A stretch of DNA of 63,913 bases, filler included, from Octopus bimaculoides (lineage: Eukaryota), in assembly GCF_001194135.2 (NCBI RefSeq). It is 5 parts of 5 records of this genome, joined end to end, with 100 filler letters (N's around TTAATTAATTAA, not from the genome) between each part and the next. Parts side by side here need not be neighbours in the genome. Positions count along the whole stretch, not along the records: positions 30,053 to 41,007 come from NC_068986.1; positions 41,108 to 57,655 come from NC_068999.1; 3 more parts are not named here. One strand, given 5' to 3'. Shown one piece after another: positions 36,001 through 48,839 of the stretch. The notes beneath the pieces are model-generated. The model made no database searches, had not been told where the DNA came from, and worked only from the letters and a program-made list of their open reading frames with translations. The position numbers were made by a program, and so were the translations under genes. Within the stretch, counting starts at the first letter, position 1, and each line of letters begins with the position of its first letter.

Positions 36001-36225
36001 AAGGCAGTGAGTTGGCAGAATCGTTAGCACGCCAGGCAAAATACTTAGTGGTACTTCGTCCGTCCTTATGTTCTGAGTTCAAATTCTGCCGAGGTTGGCT
36101 TTGCCTTTCGTCCCTTTGGGTTTTTTTTTTAAATAAGTACCAGTTAAGCACCAGGGTTATTCTAATTGACTTACCCTACCCCCAAACTTGCTGGCCTTGT
36201 GCCAAAATTTGAAATCATTATTATT
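36001..36225 (+). mobile_element. Family-B SINE with (ATT)n tail in ORC4 intron
   Basis: aaggcagtgagttggcagaatcgttagcacg...ttctgagttcaaattctgccgaggttggctttgcctttcgtcc. Confidence 0.8.
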
Positions 36226-36323
36226 ATTATTATTATCATAAAAAGTAGTAGTAGTAGTAGTAGTAGACACAGCAGCAGTAGTATCAAATGAAGTATCAGA
36301 AGGAGTAAGTAGATATGACTTAC

Positions 36324-36472
36324 AAAGCGACAAGTGACACCAATGATAGTGATTGGGGCCTGAGCAGACTGAGCTATATCAAAGAGGTTGTAGAGTAAGG
36401 TTTGGTTCCGATGCTGGGCAAAAAGATCAAATTCATCAAGGATGAACAGAATTGGTTTACTGTGTTGACCAC
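36324..36472 (-). CDS. ORC4: ORC4 internal exon (Walker B / sensor 1), 149 nt
   Basis: Translates (G)[49 protein letters not shown], matching the ORC4 motif [32 protein letters not shown]; acceptor ttttccattcttag, donor gtaagt; starts in phase 1, ends in phase 0. Confidence 0.96.
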
Positions 36473-37180
36473 CTAAGAATGGAAAAACAGGATGAGTAGC
36501 AGGAACATAATCAGGGTCACATAAACATTCTTTTACTTCACACTCATCAAAATACACATACACATATTTGACTGTGTAGTTAAGAAGTTCACCTCATAAC
36601 CACATGGGGTTTAGGTTCAATCCCCATTGTGTGGCACTCTGAGCAAATGTTTTCTTTTATAACTTCAAGCCAACCAATACCTTGTGATGAAATAGGGTCA
36701 ATGGAAACTGTATGGAAGTTTATTAGGTGTGTATGTCTTTGTGTTTCCACAGATCGTCAAACAGACACGTTAGGGAAGTCATTATCATCATTGTTTGAAT
36801 GTCGACTTTTCTTTGCTTAAATAGGTCAGACAGAATTTTGTTGAGGTGGATTTTCAACAGCCAGATGCCCTTCCTATTGCTAGCCTTTGCCTATTTCCAA
36901 GTGAGGTAATATTTTTCCCATGGCCAGACGTTTTCACAGAAGATTGGGAATGAGGAACACCACTTACACAGCACCACAAAGACATTCATTTATGATTATC
37001 ACTTGATATCAGGGCAAAGAAACAATAACACACACACACATACAACAGGCCTCTTTTAGTTTCCATTTACCAAATCCACCCACAGCACTTTGGTCCAGCC
37101 GAGGCAACAGCAGAAGATATATGCTCAAATTGCCATGCAGTAGGATTGAACACAGAACTATGTGGCGAGGAAGCAAACTT

Positions 37181-37415
37181 CTTATTTCTTTATTGCCTAC
37201 AAGGGGCTAAACATAGAGGGGACATACAAGAACAGACAAAGGGATTAAGTCGATTACATCGACCCCAGTGCGTAACTGGTACTTAATTTATCGACCCCGA
37301 AAGGATGAAAGGCAAAGTCGACCTCGGCGGAATTTGAACTCAGAACGTAACGGCAGACGAAATACTGCTAACCATTTCGTCCAGCGTGCTAACGTTTCTG
37401 CCAGCTCGCTGCCTT
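37181..37415 (-). mobile_element. Young family-B SINE nested in a family-A SINE head
   Basis: Near-identical reverse complement of the 62859 copy; flanked by a cttctta duplication. Confidence 0.85.
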
Positions 37416-37818
37416 CTTACCACACAATCACACCCATGCTTAACCCAGCCTGTGCCTGTGTCCTGCATAGATAACATGTATGACAGCTTTGACACTTTCA
37501 CCTTCAGTGTCTGATTTATGTGCTTTTCCTTTTCTTTGTGGAGACATAATACAACAAAGCAGTGAGGAAGGAAGTATATACATGACACACTACTATTACT
37601 ATTACATGAGACTTAACACTATATCAAAGGCTCACAGTGAATTGCTACCAACATGAACTACCAATCACTCACAGTTCTTTGTTTTATAACGATGAGACAG
37701 TCCACCTTTAGTCACTTGGTGGGGTGGTTGGAATCATCCCACAATTTTTTTGCGGACAGACATCTTTTCTATTACTGTAACATCATTAATACATATACAA
37801 CAATGATATAACTGTAAC

Positions 37819-37890
<72 letters not shown>

Positions 37891-37929
37891 CATACATATA
37901 TATACACACACACACACATATATATGGAC

Positions 37930-38813
37930 AGAGTGTAAGTACCTTGAGAGAAAAGTTGAACCTAAGAAGCATCGATTGCGCTGGTATGGTCATGTGGCGA
38001 GAATGGATGAGGATAGCTGTGTGAAAGAGTGCCACACCCTAGCAGCTGAGGGAACCTGTGGAAGAAGTAGGCCCAGGAAGACCTGTGATGAGGTGGTGAG
38101 GCACGACCTTCGAACATTGGGCCTCACCGAAGTCATGACTTCTGACTGAGACCTTTGGAAATATGCTGTGCGTGAGAAAACCCGGCAAGCCAAGTGAGAC
38201 CTAAATCCAAGGCTTCTGCCAGGGGTGTAGCCAGCCCACTTATGCATACCTTTCCTTCATTGGACACTAAACTCCACTTGCGAAGACCTATTGAGGCAAG
38301 TGAAATCGAAATCGAACTAAATTCGACAACTGGCACCCATGCCAACATCGTCTCCTTCATTGGACACGAACCTTGGCTTGCGAAGANNNNNNNNNNNNNN
38401 NNNNNNNNNNNNNNNNNNNNNNNNNNNNNNNNNNNNNNNNNNNNNNNNNNNNNNNNNNNNNNNNNNNNNNNNNNNNNNNNNNNNNNNNNNNNNNNNNCGT
38501 GTAAAGACATTCAAGCGAGATCGTTGCCAGTGCTGCTGGACTGGCTCCTGTGCAGGTGGCACATAAAATACACCATTTTGAGTGTGGCCGTTGCCAGTAC
38601 CGCCTGACTGGCCTTCATGCCGGTAGCACGTAAAAGCACCCACTACACTCTCAGAGTAGTTGGCATTAGGAAGGGCATCCAGCTGTAGAAACTCTGCCAA
38701 ATCAGATTGGAGCCTGGTGTAGCCATCTGGTTCACAAGTCCTCAGTCAAATCGTCCAACCCATGCTAGCTTGGAAAGTGGACGTTAAATGATGATGATGA
38801 TGATGATGATGAT
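37930..38813 (+). mobile_element. RTE LINE 3' end: ORF C-terminus, 3'UTR minisatellite, (GAT)n tail
   Basis: LREKLNLRSI..LRWYGHVARMDEDSCVKECHTLAAEGTCGRSRPRKTCDEVVRHDLRTLGL..LWKYAVREKTRQAK* (RTE RLRW.GHV.R and GRPR..W motifs). Confidence 0.9.
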
Positions 38814-38820
38814 ATATATA

Positions 38821-39186
38821 TGACACATAAAAAGCACCATCCGAATGTGGTCAATGCCAAGTCACCTGACTGGCTCCCGTACCGGTGGCACATAAAAAAC
38901 ACCATCCAAACGTGACTGATGCCAGTACCTGCTGACTGGCCCCCGTGCCAGTGGAACGTAAAATGCACTATCTGAACGTGAGCGATGCCTAGACTGCCTG
39001 ACTGGCTCCTGTGCTGGTGGCACGTGAAAATACCCACTACACTCTCAGAATGGTTGGTGTCAGGAAGGGCATCCAGCTGTAGAAATATTTCCAGGTCAGA
39101 TTGGAGCCTGGTGCAGCTGGTGGCTCTCCAGACCTGTCAAACTGTCCAACCCATGCCAGCATCGAAAACAGACATTAAACGATGAT

Positions 39187-39188
<2 letters not shown>
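38821..39188 (+). mobile_element. Second RTE-type 3'UTR/SINE-like copy (about three ~65-bp units plus tail) directly behind the first
   Basis: Repeated aaaagcaccatccgaa.gtg...gactggctcc.gt.ccggtggcac units, then gaagggcatccagctgtagaaa...cattaaacgatgatga. Confidence 0.8.
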
Positions 39189-39238
<50 letters not shown>

Positions 39239-41107
39239 NNNNNNNNNNNNNNNNNNNNNNNNNNNNNNNNNNNNNNNNNNNNNNNNNNNNNNNNNNNNNN
39301 NNNNNNNNNNNNNNNNNNNNNNNNNNNNNNNNNNNNNNNNNNNNNNNNNNNNNNNNNNNNNNNNNNNNNNNNNNNNNNNNNNNNNNNNNNNNNNNNNNNN
39401 NNNNNNNNNNNNNNNNNNNNNNNNNNNNNNNNNNNNNNNNNNNNNNNNNNNNNNNNNNNNNNNNNNNNNNNNNNNNNNNNNNNNNNNNNNNNNNNNNNNN
39501 NNNNNNNNNNNNNNNNNNNNNNNNNNNNNNNNNNNNNNNNNNNNNNNNNNNNNNNNNNNNNNNNNNNNNNNNNNNNNNNNNNNNNNNNNNNNNNNNNNNN
39601 NNNNNNNNNNNNNNNNNNNNNNNNNNNNNNNNNNNNNNNNNNNNNNNNNNNNNNNNNNNNNNNNNNNNNNNNNNNNNNNNNNNNNNNNNNNNNNNNNNNN
39701 NNNNNNNNNNNNNNNNNNNNNNNNNNNNNNNNNNNNNNNNNNNNNNNNNNNNNNNNNNNNNNNNNNNNNNNNNNNNNNNNNNNNNNNNNNNNNNNNNGTG
39801 TATCCCGTTGAATTCATTAATTTAATTCATAGCAAAAGTGACAAAAAAAGAAAGAAAAAGAAAGAAAGAACCAAAGCACAGGTGTTTATGGCAGACTATG
39901 TTATTTTTCCAACCTGGTTTACATATAGAAGTACAAAGTACATAAGAATTTAGAGGATGAACAGAAGTTTAATCTTACAGCTGTTTCGACCTAGTTTTAG
40001 CAAGCCCCATTCTATCCGAATATTCCTTTCCGGAGTGATTATCGGATGACATATTGAAATGGGGTTACATGCCCGAACCGCTAGGCCTCTTCAGAGATTC
40101 ACAGAGGGTTACATATAAATGTAGAGCAAGAGGTAAAAACAGAGGTGTGGTAGAGACCAGAAGAAAAACAACAGCAAAAGTAAGATAGAAGTAAAAATAA
40201 AAAATAGAATTAAAATAAAAATAAAAATAAGGGTACAGCAGGAAAAAAAAAAATAATAAAGAATACATAAATGAAAAATGAAGGTATAGCATGTGGGACA
40301 TGCAAAAATATAAAAACCCTTAAAAATACAAGGCACACAAAGAGCCTACAAACATTATAAATAAGTCGCTATAGACACTCCAATGCATATATATATGTGT
40401 GGGTCCATGTGCACAGTCTTACTCGGATGTCCCCTTACTCCCACGTGTGCATATACAAGTTTTTATAAGCAAACATTCCACCACATACGTTGTTTGTGGC
40501 ATCAGCGCTATTAGCCGTATCTAGAAAGCTGTAAGTGTTTTTTAGAAAGGAAGTTTTGTTGAGTGTGTGTCTGTCTCATTTTATACAAGTTATTAATGTT
40601 CTAGTAGCAATAACAGTGATGGTGACAACAACAACAACAACAATAATAATATGCCAAACTTTCAAACTTAGCGGTGTAAGATATCCTGTCGCTTCTTCCA
40701 ACGGCTCTACCATTCTGTTGCTAATGGGGGAGGGTTAATTACTACCGTTAACTTCCCTCCTTCCAATTGGGCAACTATTGTTTTAAACTGCCTACACCTA
40801 GCTACGGTTGGATAGCCACTGGCCAGTCAAGATGCTAGCTTGCCTGCGCACATCCCCCCACACACACACGCGTGCTATGTATATCTCCCCGTACTCACGC
40901 TCATGCGTGCGTGTATGTGTATACACATGTATGCGCGCAGCCACACATCTCTTAATTCTACTATATACTCACGGTGAGGGGGTAAAGTTCCCAATGTAAT
41001 GGCAATANNNNNNNNNNNNNNNNNNNNNNNNNNNNNNNNNNNNNNNNNNNNTTAATTAATTAANNNNNNNNNNNNNNNNNNNNNNNNNNNNNNNNNNNNN
41101 NNNNNNN

Positions 41108-41139
<32 letters not shown>

Positions 41140-41502
41140 TTTTTATGTACATATATATATATATAAATATCTATATATATACATATATGTATATATACAT
41201 ACAGATTTACATACATGGACACACATGTAAATATATATGCACGCGTGTGCATTTGTGTGTAGAAATGTAGCTAAAAGTTAAAACAATCATACATAAACCA
41301 CTGACTTTCGGCTTTCGGTTTAGATATGAATATTATAAATATTTAGTTACAGAAATGTAATTATATGATTATATATGCAAATAGTAGCATGGAATCAAAG
41401 CGGTCCATGCGCACGTACACACAGAAATATGCATGCCTGCATCTACGTGCATTTGTACCTATATATATAAATATATATATATATAAATATATNNNNNNNN
41501 NN

Positions 41503-41503
<1 letters not shown>

Positions 41504-41574
<71 letters not shown>

Positions 41575-41662
41575 GCTGCTGCTGTTGCTACTGATACTGC
41601 TACTGCTGCTGCTGTTGCTGTTACTGCTGCCACTACGACTACTACTAATAGTAGTAGTAGTT

Positions 41663-41695
<33 letters not shown>

Positions 41696-41700
41696 GTAGT
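41504..41700. repeat. (ACT)n ... (AGT)n compound microsatellite
   Basis: Direct reading. Confidence 0.9.
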
Positions 41701-42740
41701 GGTGATGGTGTCCATTTTATTGTGTCTATATTTTGTTTTGTTGCGAAGAATGAGGATGAAGACGACGTCGACGGTGATGATGGTTATATTAAAGGATTTA
41801 TTTTCTTTAATTAGAGCTACTTAACATGGTTACTGTTTTTGTGCGTACGTTTGTTCGCTTGTTTATTCGATTGTCTGTCTGCTTCCATGTTTGTTTGTTT
41901 TGTTTTATGTATATTTCGCTACTTTTGGAGAACACAGCTAATTGTGACGTCGATAATTTTTGCTGCTTCGGTGCGTCGTAAAAGTAAATATCTACCTTCA
42001 GCTGATTACATCGGAGTTATTTCTCTATAGAAAATTCATCCATGCAAAATATCGTGCCTCATCAAGAAACAATATGAATTTTGCGAAAAAGGATTTGAAA
42101 CAAAAACAAAAAATACAGAGAGAAAAACGAAAAAAAAAAATGGAGAGAATAAATTTAGGAACGTGCAAAGAAAGAGAAGGAAGAACGCATGGAGGAAGAA
42201 ATGGAGGTTAAGAAGTAAAGAATTAGTGAAGGAGGTAAGGAAGTAAGGATTCAAGAAAAGAAGGAGCCAAAACTGGAAGAGAGACCCAAAGACAGAAAGA
42301 CAGTGACGTGCGTGAAATCAAGGTACAAACAAGCAGATAAACATTCTAATGAAATGAGTAAAATGTAATTACAAAAATACGAGGAGAATAAGAGAAGATT
42401 TTGGAAATATGAATTTTTTTAAAAAATTAAATAAAAATATAATCAAGTCAACAAAAATAACGGGAAAATGCAAGAAATAATAAGAGAGAATTAAATACAG
42501 AAAGATATAGAAAAAAATTAAAGCATCTTGGAGAAAGTTGCGCAGATTGGTGTTAAGTCATTCATCGGGCGACGAGAGTTGTGCATGGCTACCCTAAGTT
42601 AAATGTGTTCAACGGCATGAAATGTAGAGCTGGAACAACCTAACATGAGATGAGAAAAAGCAGAACTAGCCACGCTTTAAACGTCACCAACATACCAAGA
42701 ACAACGCAAGCGTTAATATTTTATAATGTTATATATACAT

Positions 42741-42800
<60 letters not shown>

Positions 42801-43047
42801 NNNNNNNNNNNNNNNNNNNNNNNNNNNNNNNNNNNNNNNNNNNNNNNNNNNNNNNNNNNNNNNNNNNNNNNNNNNNNNNNNNNNNNNNNNNNNNNNNNNN
42901 NNNNNNNNNNNNNNNNNNNNNNNNNNNNNNNNNNNNNNNNNNNNNNNNNNNNNNNNNNNNNNNNNNNNNNNNNNNNNNNNNNNNNNNNNNNNNNNNNNNN
43001 NNNNNNNNNNNNNNNNNNNNNNNNNNNNNNNNNNNNNNNNNNNNNNN

Positions 43048-43105
<58 letters not shown>

Positions 43106-43516
43106 TATGTATCACTTGGCTTTTCTTTATGTCTTATTTTATTTAACGTCGCGATTGCATGTAAAACATTTCGAAGGAACCTTTACAAACATCATTTTCG
43201 TTGCCCAAATAACACCACCACCATCACCCCCTCACCCTCCATCCCAATGCCAGCGCCACGATCACAACGAAAGAAAACAACACATAAAAAGACAAGACGC
43301 ACTTCCAGTTTTGGGCGAGGCATGAATGTAAAATGCGGTAATGAAATTAAAGAACGGATTTCAAATTAAATACGTTGGATATTTGGAAGCCATATTGGAC
43401 AATGTATCGTATATGCAGATGTGTGTATGTACAGGTGTGTAAGTTCATGTGTGCGTGTCTGTGTGTGTGCGTGTCTGTGTGTATGTGTGCATGTGTGTGC
43501 GTGTTTGTGAGTGTGT

Positions 43517-43586
<70 letters not shown>

Positions 43587-43912
43587 NNNNNNNNNNNNNN
43601 NNNNNNNNNNNNNNNNNNNNNNNNNNNNNNNNNNNNNNNNNNNNNNNNNNNNNNNNNNNNNNNNNNNNNNNNNNNNNNNNNNNNNNNNNNNNNNNNNNNN
43701 NNNNNNNNNNNNNNNNNATGTGCGCGTGTATTGTGTGTGTATGTGCGCGTGTATTGTGTGTGTGTGTATACGTGGAGAGCTATCAAATGAATTCACTCAT
43801 AAGACACTGGTCGGCTCTGGGCTATAATATAAAAGACACTTCCTTCAGGTGAAATGGCTGCAAGACGAACTTTCAACAACGCAATACGCAGCCTTTCCTG
43901 TTCACATACATA

Positions 43913-43955
<43 letters not shown>

Positions 43956-45309
43956 GCATGTGTGTATACAAACACACATGTATGTATAGAACTTTCAACT
44001 ACTGTCTTTTACTAAGAGTATTCTTTAATTCTTCGACGAATGAACTGGTAGCCGTTAATATCCGTTATTATGTACATACATTAATTCTTTCTTTCTGAGA
44101 AATATTAACAATGCACTTTTAATCATTTTAATTAAAGCTCGTAGGTTTACTACTTCAACTAAACAAGCACTGACTATACTACTACTTATTTTAGCAATCC
44201 CGATATAGCGCCATCTTGATATATTTGCCATCTTGGTATATTTGCCATCTTAATATCGTATTCATCGAGAAACGGTTACAGATATATATTTAGACCGTGA
44301 AAACGTGTAATCCAATTATTTTGTAGTTAATTCTGTAATGATTCATAAACAATGAAAAAAAACACCTACTTTTAATGTGGATCTCGTTGCGGAGATCCCG
44401 CAATAAATTTATTTGACATCGTTGTTGAAAATGACTATTTCTAGAGGGAGAAGACGTACGAGCAAAAAAAATATATTAATTAATAAACGACTATGTCGTT
44501 AGCGTCGTCGTACGTGCAATATCTCTGAACTGAAGGAAGTTCACACTTTTAACAAGCTATAGAACCGAAAGGAGGAAATGCTGTGAAAAACGATATATTT
44601 ATATGAAACCATCGATCATTGTCAGTCGTCAAAATATTTCGCTTTTTAAAAAAAATTATGCGGCTACAAAGATATATTATTCTGCCTAAATTATACAAAT
44701 AGTCGACTTATAACTTTGGTATTTGAGAGAACAAATTGATTGCTTTGCAATTGATAGATTTCTTCATTTTTCATTCGAGACGTTACTGTAGAATGATTGA
44801 TCATTTATAGAGAACTGTAGAACTCTACACTGTACCATCTTCATTTTACAACGCAAACTGCTGTGTGGTAGGCACGTAGAAGCGATGTCGGGTTCAAGAT
44901 ACGAACTACGGTTCAGCGCTCGGTCATATGGAGAATTAAGCAAATCTTACGTGTAAATGGTTCAATTCCCCCTTAACATATTACTCACCATAGAGACAAC
45001 ATCAATACCAGGATCTGGAAATAACGGGTTAGGAAACGAATGAGCGTCGGGTTCCCAAGAGTGAGGTTATGATTTTCATTCCTGGACCGAGCTGTGTGTT
45101 GTGTTTTGGATCAAGGCACTGGTGCGAAGCTGTATCGGCCCCTTAGCCTTTCCGTTTGATAATATCCATGGTATGCAGTGGGGAGGCTGGTATGCATGAG
45201 CGACTGATAAACTTCCATAAACAACCTTGCCTGGGCTTGTGCCTCGAAGGGAGACTTTCTAAGTGCAATCCCATTAACATTCATGACCGAAGGTGAGGGG
45301 TGGGGGGTC

Positions 45310-45595
45310 TTTAACCTTTTACGATTCGATCACCCGATTTCTGTAGAGTACAAATGATTGAGATGAAAGCTTTTCCCCTCAAAACGTCGAAGCATTTAAG
45401 AGTTGAAGGCCAGCAATTTTGAAGGGAGGGGACAAATCGATCACTTAGAACACAATACTTGATTAATACCTTATCGACGCCCGAAAGGTTGAACGGCAAA
45501 ATTGACATCGGTGGGATTTGAACTCAGAACGTAAAGAAGGGGAACAGATGTCACTTAGTATTTTGTCCGACGCACTGACGATTCTACCAGCTCGT
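45310..45595 (-). mobile_element. Family-B-related SINE
   Basis: Reverse complement of ttctgagttcaaatcccaccgatgtcaattttgccgttcaacctttcgggcgtcgataaggt. Confidence 0.7.
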
Positions 45596-47884
45596 CTGCT
45601 TGTATTTATATGAGCAGGAATTAAATGTATTTTCGGAGAAAGTGAGGGTAACGATAAACAAACAGAAGGCCGGATTCTTCTTATTCAAATTTCACAGTTT
45701 TACTTGGTTGTATGTTGTTTATAGCTCTGAGGTCGATAAGATAAATATCATCAAGACATCGAAGCAAAATTAATCGACTGCGCACCCACTTCACACGCAA
45801 TCACGATTTTATTTGTTTGTAAATCAGTTTCTTTCCACTGAAATGATATATTTATACATATATCTTTTTCTTTTCTTTGCATGTACTTCACCTTTGAATA
45901 AGTTTTCTTACTTCCCACGCGTAGATAGATCCGTTCGATATCTCATAGTGAAAACCTATTTAATGAATTTGATTCCTATGTAAAGAACAATAACGTTAGA
46001 TGGTGTTTCTTGATTTCTTTGACTTTTTTTTTTTTTACTCTTTTCTAAAGTTACGTTTATAGAGCTCCACCTTTGAAGTGCGCGAACGTTTCAGTTGAGT
46101 TCGCGCCTTTTGGATATAACGCTAAGCAAGAACAATACCACTACACCGAAGCTTTTTATGCCGACATATACATATTCTCTTTGCACTTTTGGTCTTTTAA
46201 TTTCAACGAAAATATTCAGAAAACTACCAGATCAAACAGTTTCCGAATGATGCTAAGTTATTCTTTAAATTCTCTTTTAGTTTTCGATTAATATAACTGG
46301 CCAACTGGAACAAGTCTGTAATTGAATATTTAGAAAGAGTTCGTTTTCCGGAATACCTATTAGTAAGAAAAATCTATCGTTTTGTTTGAAATTATATAGA
46401 AAATAAAAGCCAAAAAATAGATACGTCCTAATAGCAACTTCCTCCGGCGTTTTGCCTTTATCAAATGAAAAGTCTTTTGGTGTAAAGATGGCGGTTGTAT
46501 TTTCTTTTTAAGATTGTTCACAAGAAAGCTCAAGGAGTTGCTCAAGCAACGAAAATCTCCCGATTTACAACAAAAGATAAGCACCTTTCACTCATATATA
46601 TGCAAACGCATACAAACACACGTCTAAATATAAATGGTTCTCCGACTGTTTCGGGGATGAATATTCCAGTTAACCCATCCAGTGCACTAGATGTTTCCTG
46701 AATTAACGTTTAACTGGTTGAGTATTCTGAAGGTACTTGTATGTTCGATCTAATCACCAGGCAAAAATCAACGAGATATTAACATGTCTGGTGAGGCTGC
46801 CCCGCTGGTCATTTTAATAACGGGTACATTCTCACTGATGGAATCCTACGTCTTTTTTCGTCAGCCCTTATTTCACTTACAAAATCTGGGTCGACTCAAG
46901 ACTAAGACAAATGGTACACCCACGGGATATCACATTCATTTAGCTTTCATACCAGATTAAGAAATACGCAAATTTCACACAATCGCCAAAAGATTTTCTT
47001 TGGGGTCGGTAAATTAAGTACCAGTTGTGTACTGGGGTCGATCAAGTCGACTGGATCCTCCCCCAATATTTCGGGCCTTGTGCCTAGAGTAGAAAAAATT
47101 CATTTAACAACTGAGAAACGTAATGTGATGTTTCTGTCTTGTACTGTCCTGCTTCCATAAATTTTATTTGCGGCAGATTTCGAAATAAGCAACAAAATAA
47201 CTAACAAGATAAATTCTTTTTCTCCGAGGCGATTAATTGGGAGATAACATTTCCGTTAATTAATTGATTAATTAATCGATTGATTATCTATTCAAACTAT
47301 TGTTCGATGCGAAAACAGCTTTTCAAGTCATTTGAAACGTACGTAAGTGAATAAAGGCATTGAAGAATGTAATTCCTAATTGTTTAATTGCTATTATATT
47401 CTGTGTTTAATGAACCAAACTATCAATGGTGAATAATTTCGGATTTACAGTTTGCACATATTGCACTGTATATATAAATTATATGGATTACTTCTGTATT
47501 CGATGGATGTGCTCCCAGCCAGGTTTATGGCATGGAATACTTACTAACCGACGTATTCACTTAACACTCAGAACCTTAAAATACACCGGGGATAATTTTG
47601 TACAAGTTCGAAATTTGAGCGGAGTTGCGTTCACGAAACCAAAACTTTCAACATCACCCAATTCCTTAACTGTGTTTATAAGCGCTTACGGGCGCGCGTG
47701 TGTTTAGGGCACTCCTAGTAATCCGAAAATAAAAATTCGAAGTCACTATTATTACTATTTTTGTACTCTTCAAAAGGAATTAGGTCGTTAGTTAAATGCT
47801 AAGCTATATTTGTTATAACCCGGTATACGAACAAACAGAACAATGCCTATCTATCTTTCTTTCTATCTATCTATCTATCTAGAT

Positions 47885-48290
47885 TAGGCACAGGAGTGGC
47901 TGTGTGGTAAGTAGTCTGCTTACCAACCACATGGTCCTGGATTCAGTCCCACTGCGTGGCACCTTGCGCAAGTATAGCCTCGGGCCGACCAAAGCTTTGT
48001 GAGTGGATTTGGTAGACGGAAACTGAAAGAAGCCCGTCGTATATATGTATATATACATGTGTGTGTGTATATGTTTGTGTGTCTGTGTTTGTCTCCCCAA
48101 CATCGCTTGACGACTGATGCTGGTGTGTTTACGTACCCATAACTTAGCGGTTCGGCAAAAGAGACCGATAGAATAAGTACTAAGCTTACAAAGAATAAGT
48201 CCTGGGGTCGATTTGCTCGACTAAAGGTGGTGCTCCAGCATGGCCGCAGTCAAATGACTGAAACAAGTAAATGAGTAAAAGAGTAAGAGT
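47885..48290 (+). mobile_element. Near full-length family-A tRNA-derived SINE
   Basis: A box gtggctgtgtggt, B-box-like ggattcagtccc, CORE-like ggcaccttgcgcaagt, internal (TA)/(TG) tract, tail gactgaaacaagtaaatgagtaaaagagta. Confidence 0.85.
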
Positions 48291-48608
48291 ATATTAATAT
48301 ACATATCAACTTCGATATCAATCGAGTGAATATGGATACACGTAAGGCTATGTAAATCATTATTTTGTATCTTTCGCATCTTTCAAATATTTGTCACAAT
48401 CTTCTTAGATTCGAATTCTCTAAATCGGTGTTGGACGAATCCATTATCACTGTACAGCAGTGTTTAGCATCGATAGTTTTAGCATCGAGGGTTATGTCTT
48501 GCGATAGTTTAGTAAAAGCATTACGCATTATGCCCTCATTTTAAGAGACAATGTCCTTAAAGTAAAGAGACGGACACACAGACAGACAGACAGACAAATA
48601 AATAGATG

Positions 48609-48659
<51 letters not shown>

Positions 48660-48760
48660 TGATTGATAGTGATACATAGGGGTACATGTAAACAGTAATA
48701 CAGATGAATAGATAGACAACTAGATAGACAAACACACACCGACAGATAGATGTTTTCATA

Positions 48761-48839
<79 letters not shown>

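Larger units (their letters stand above)
30865..36472 (-). other. ORC4: Span of partial ORC4 gene (5 exons, 4 introns of 2069, 784, 1393 and 747 nt); 5' and 3' exons not found in window
   Basis: All four junctions are GT-AG with compatible phases, giving one uninterrupted 205-codon reading frame. Confidence 0.93.

Noticed and set aside
46500-46560. Minus-strand peptide SNSLSFLVNNLKKK resembling the missing ORC4 exon (ENLSFLLEALKKG)
   Set aside because: No GT donor after the Lys codons and no suitable acceptor or phase; chance similarity.
47885-47960. tRNA-like A/B boxes here and in other SINE heads
   Set aside because: No complete cloverleaf; they continue into SINE bodies, so they are not tRNA genes.
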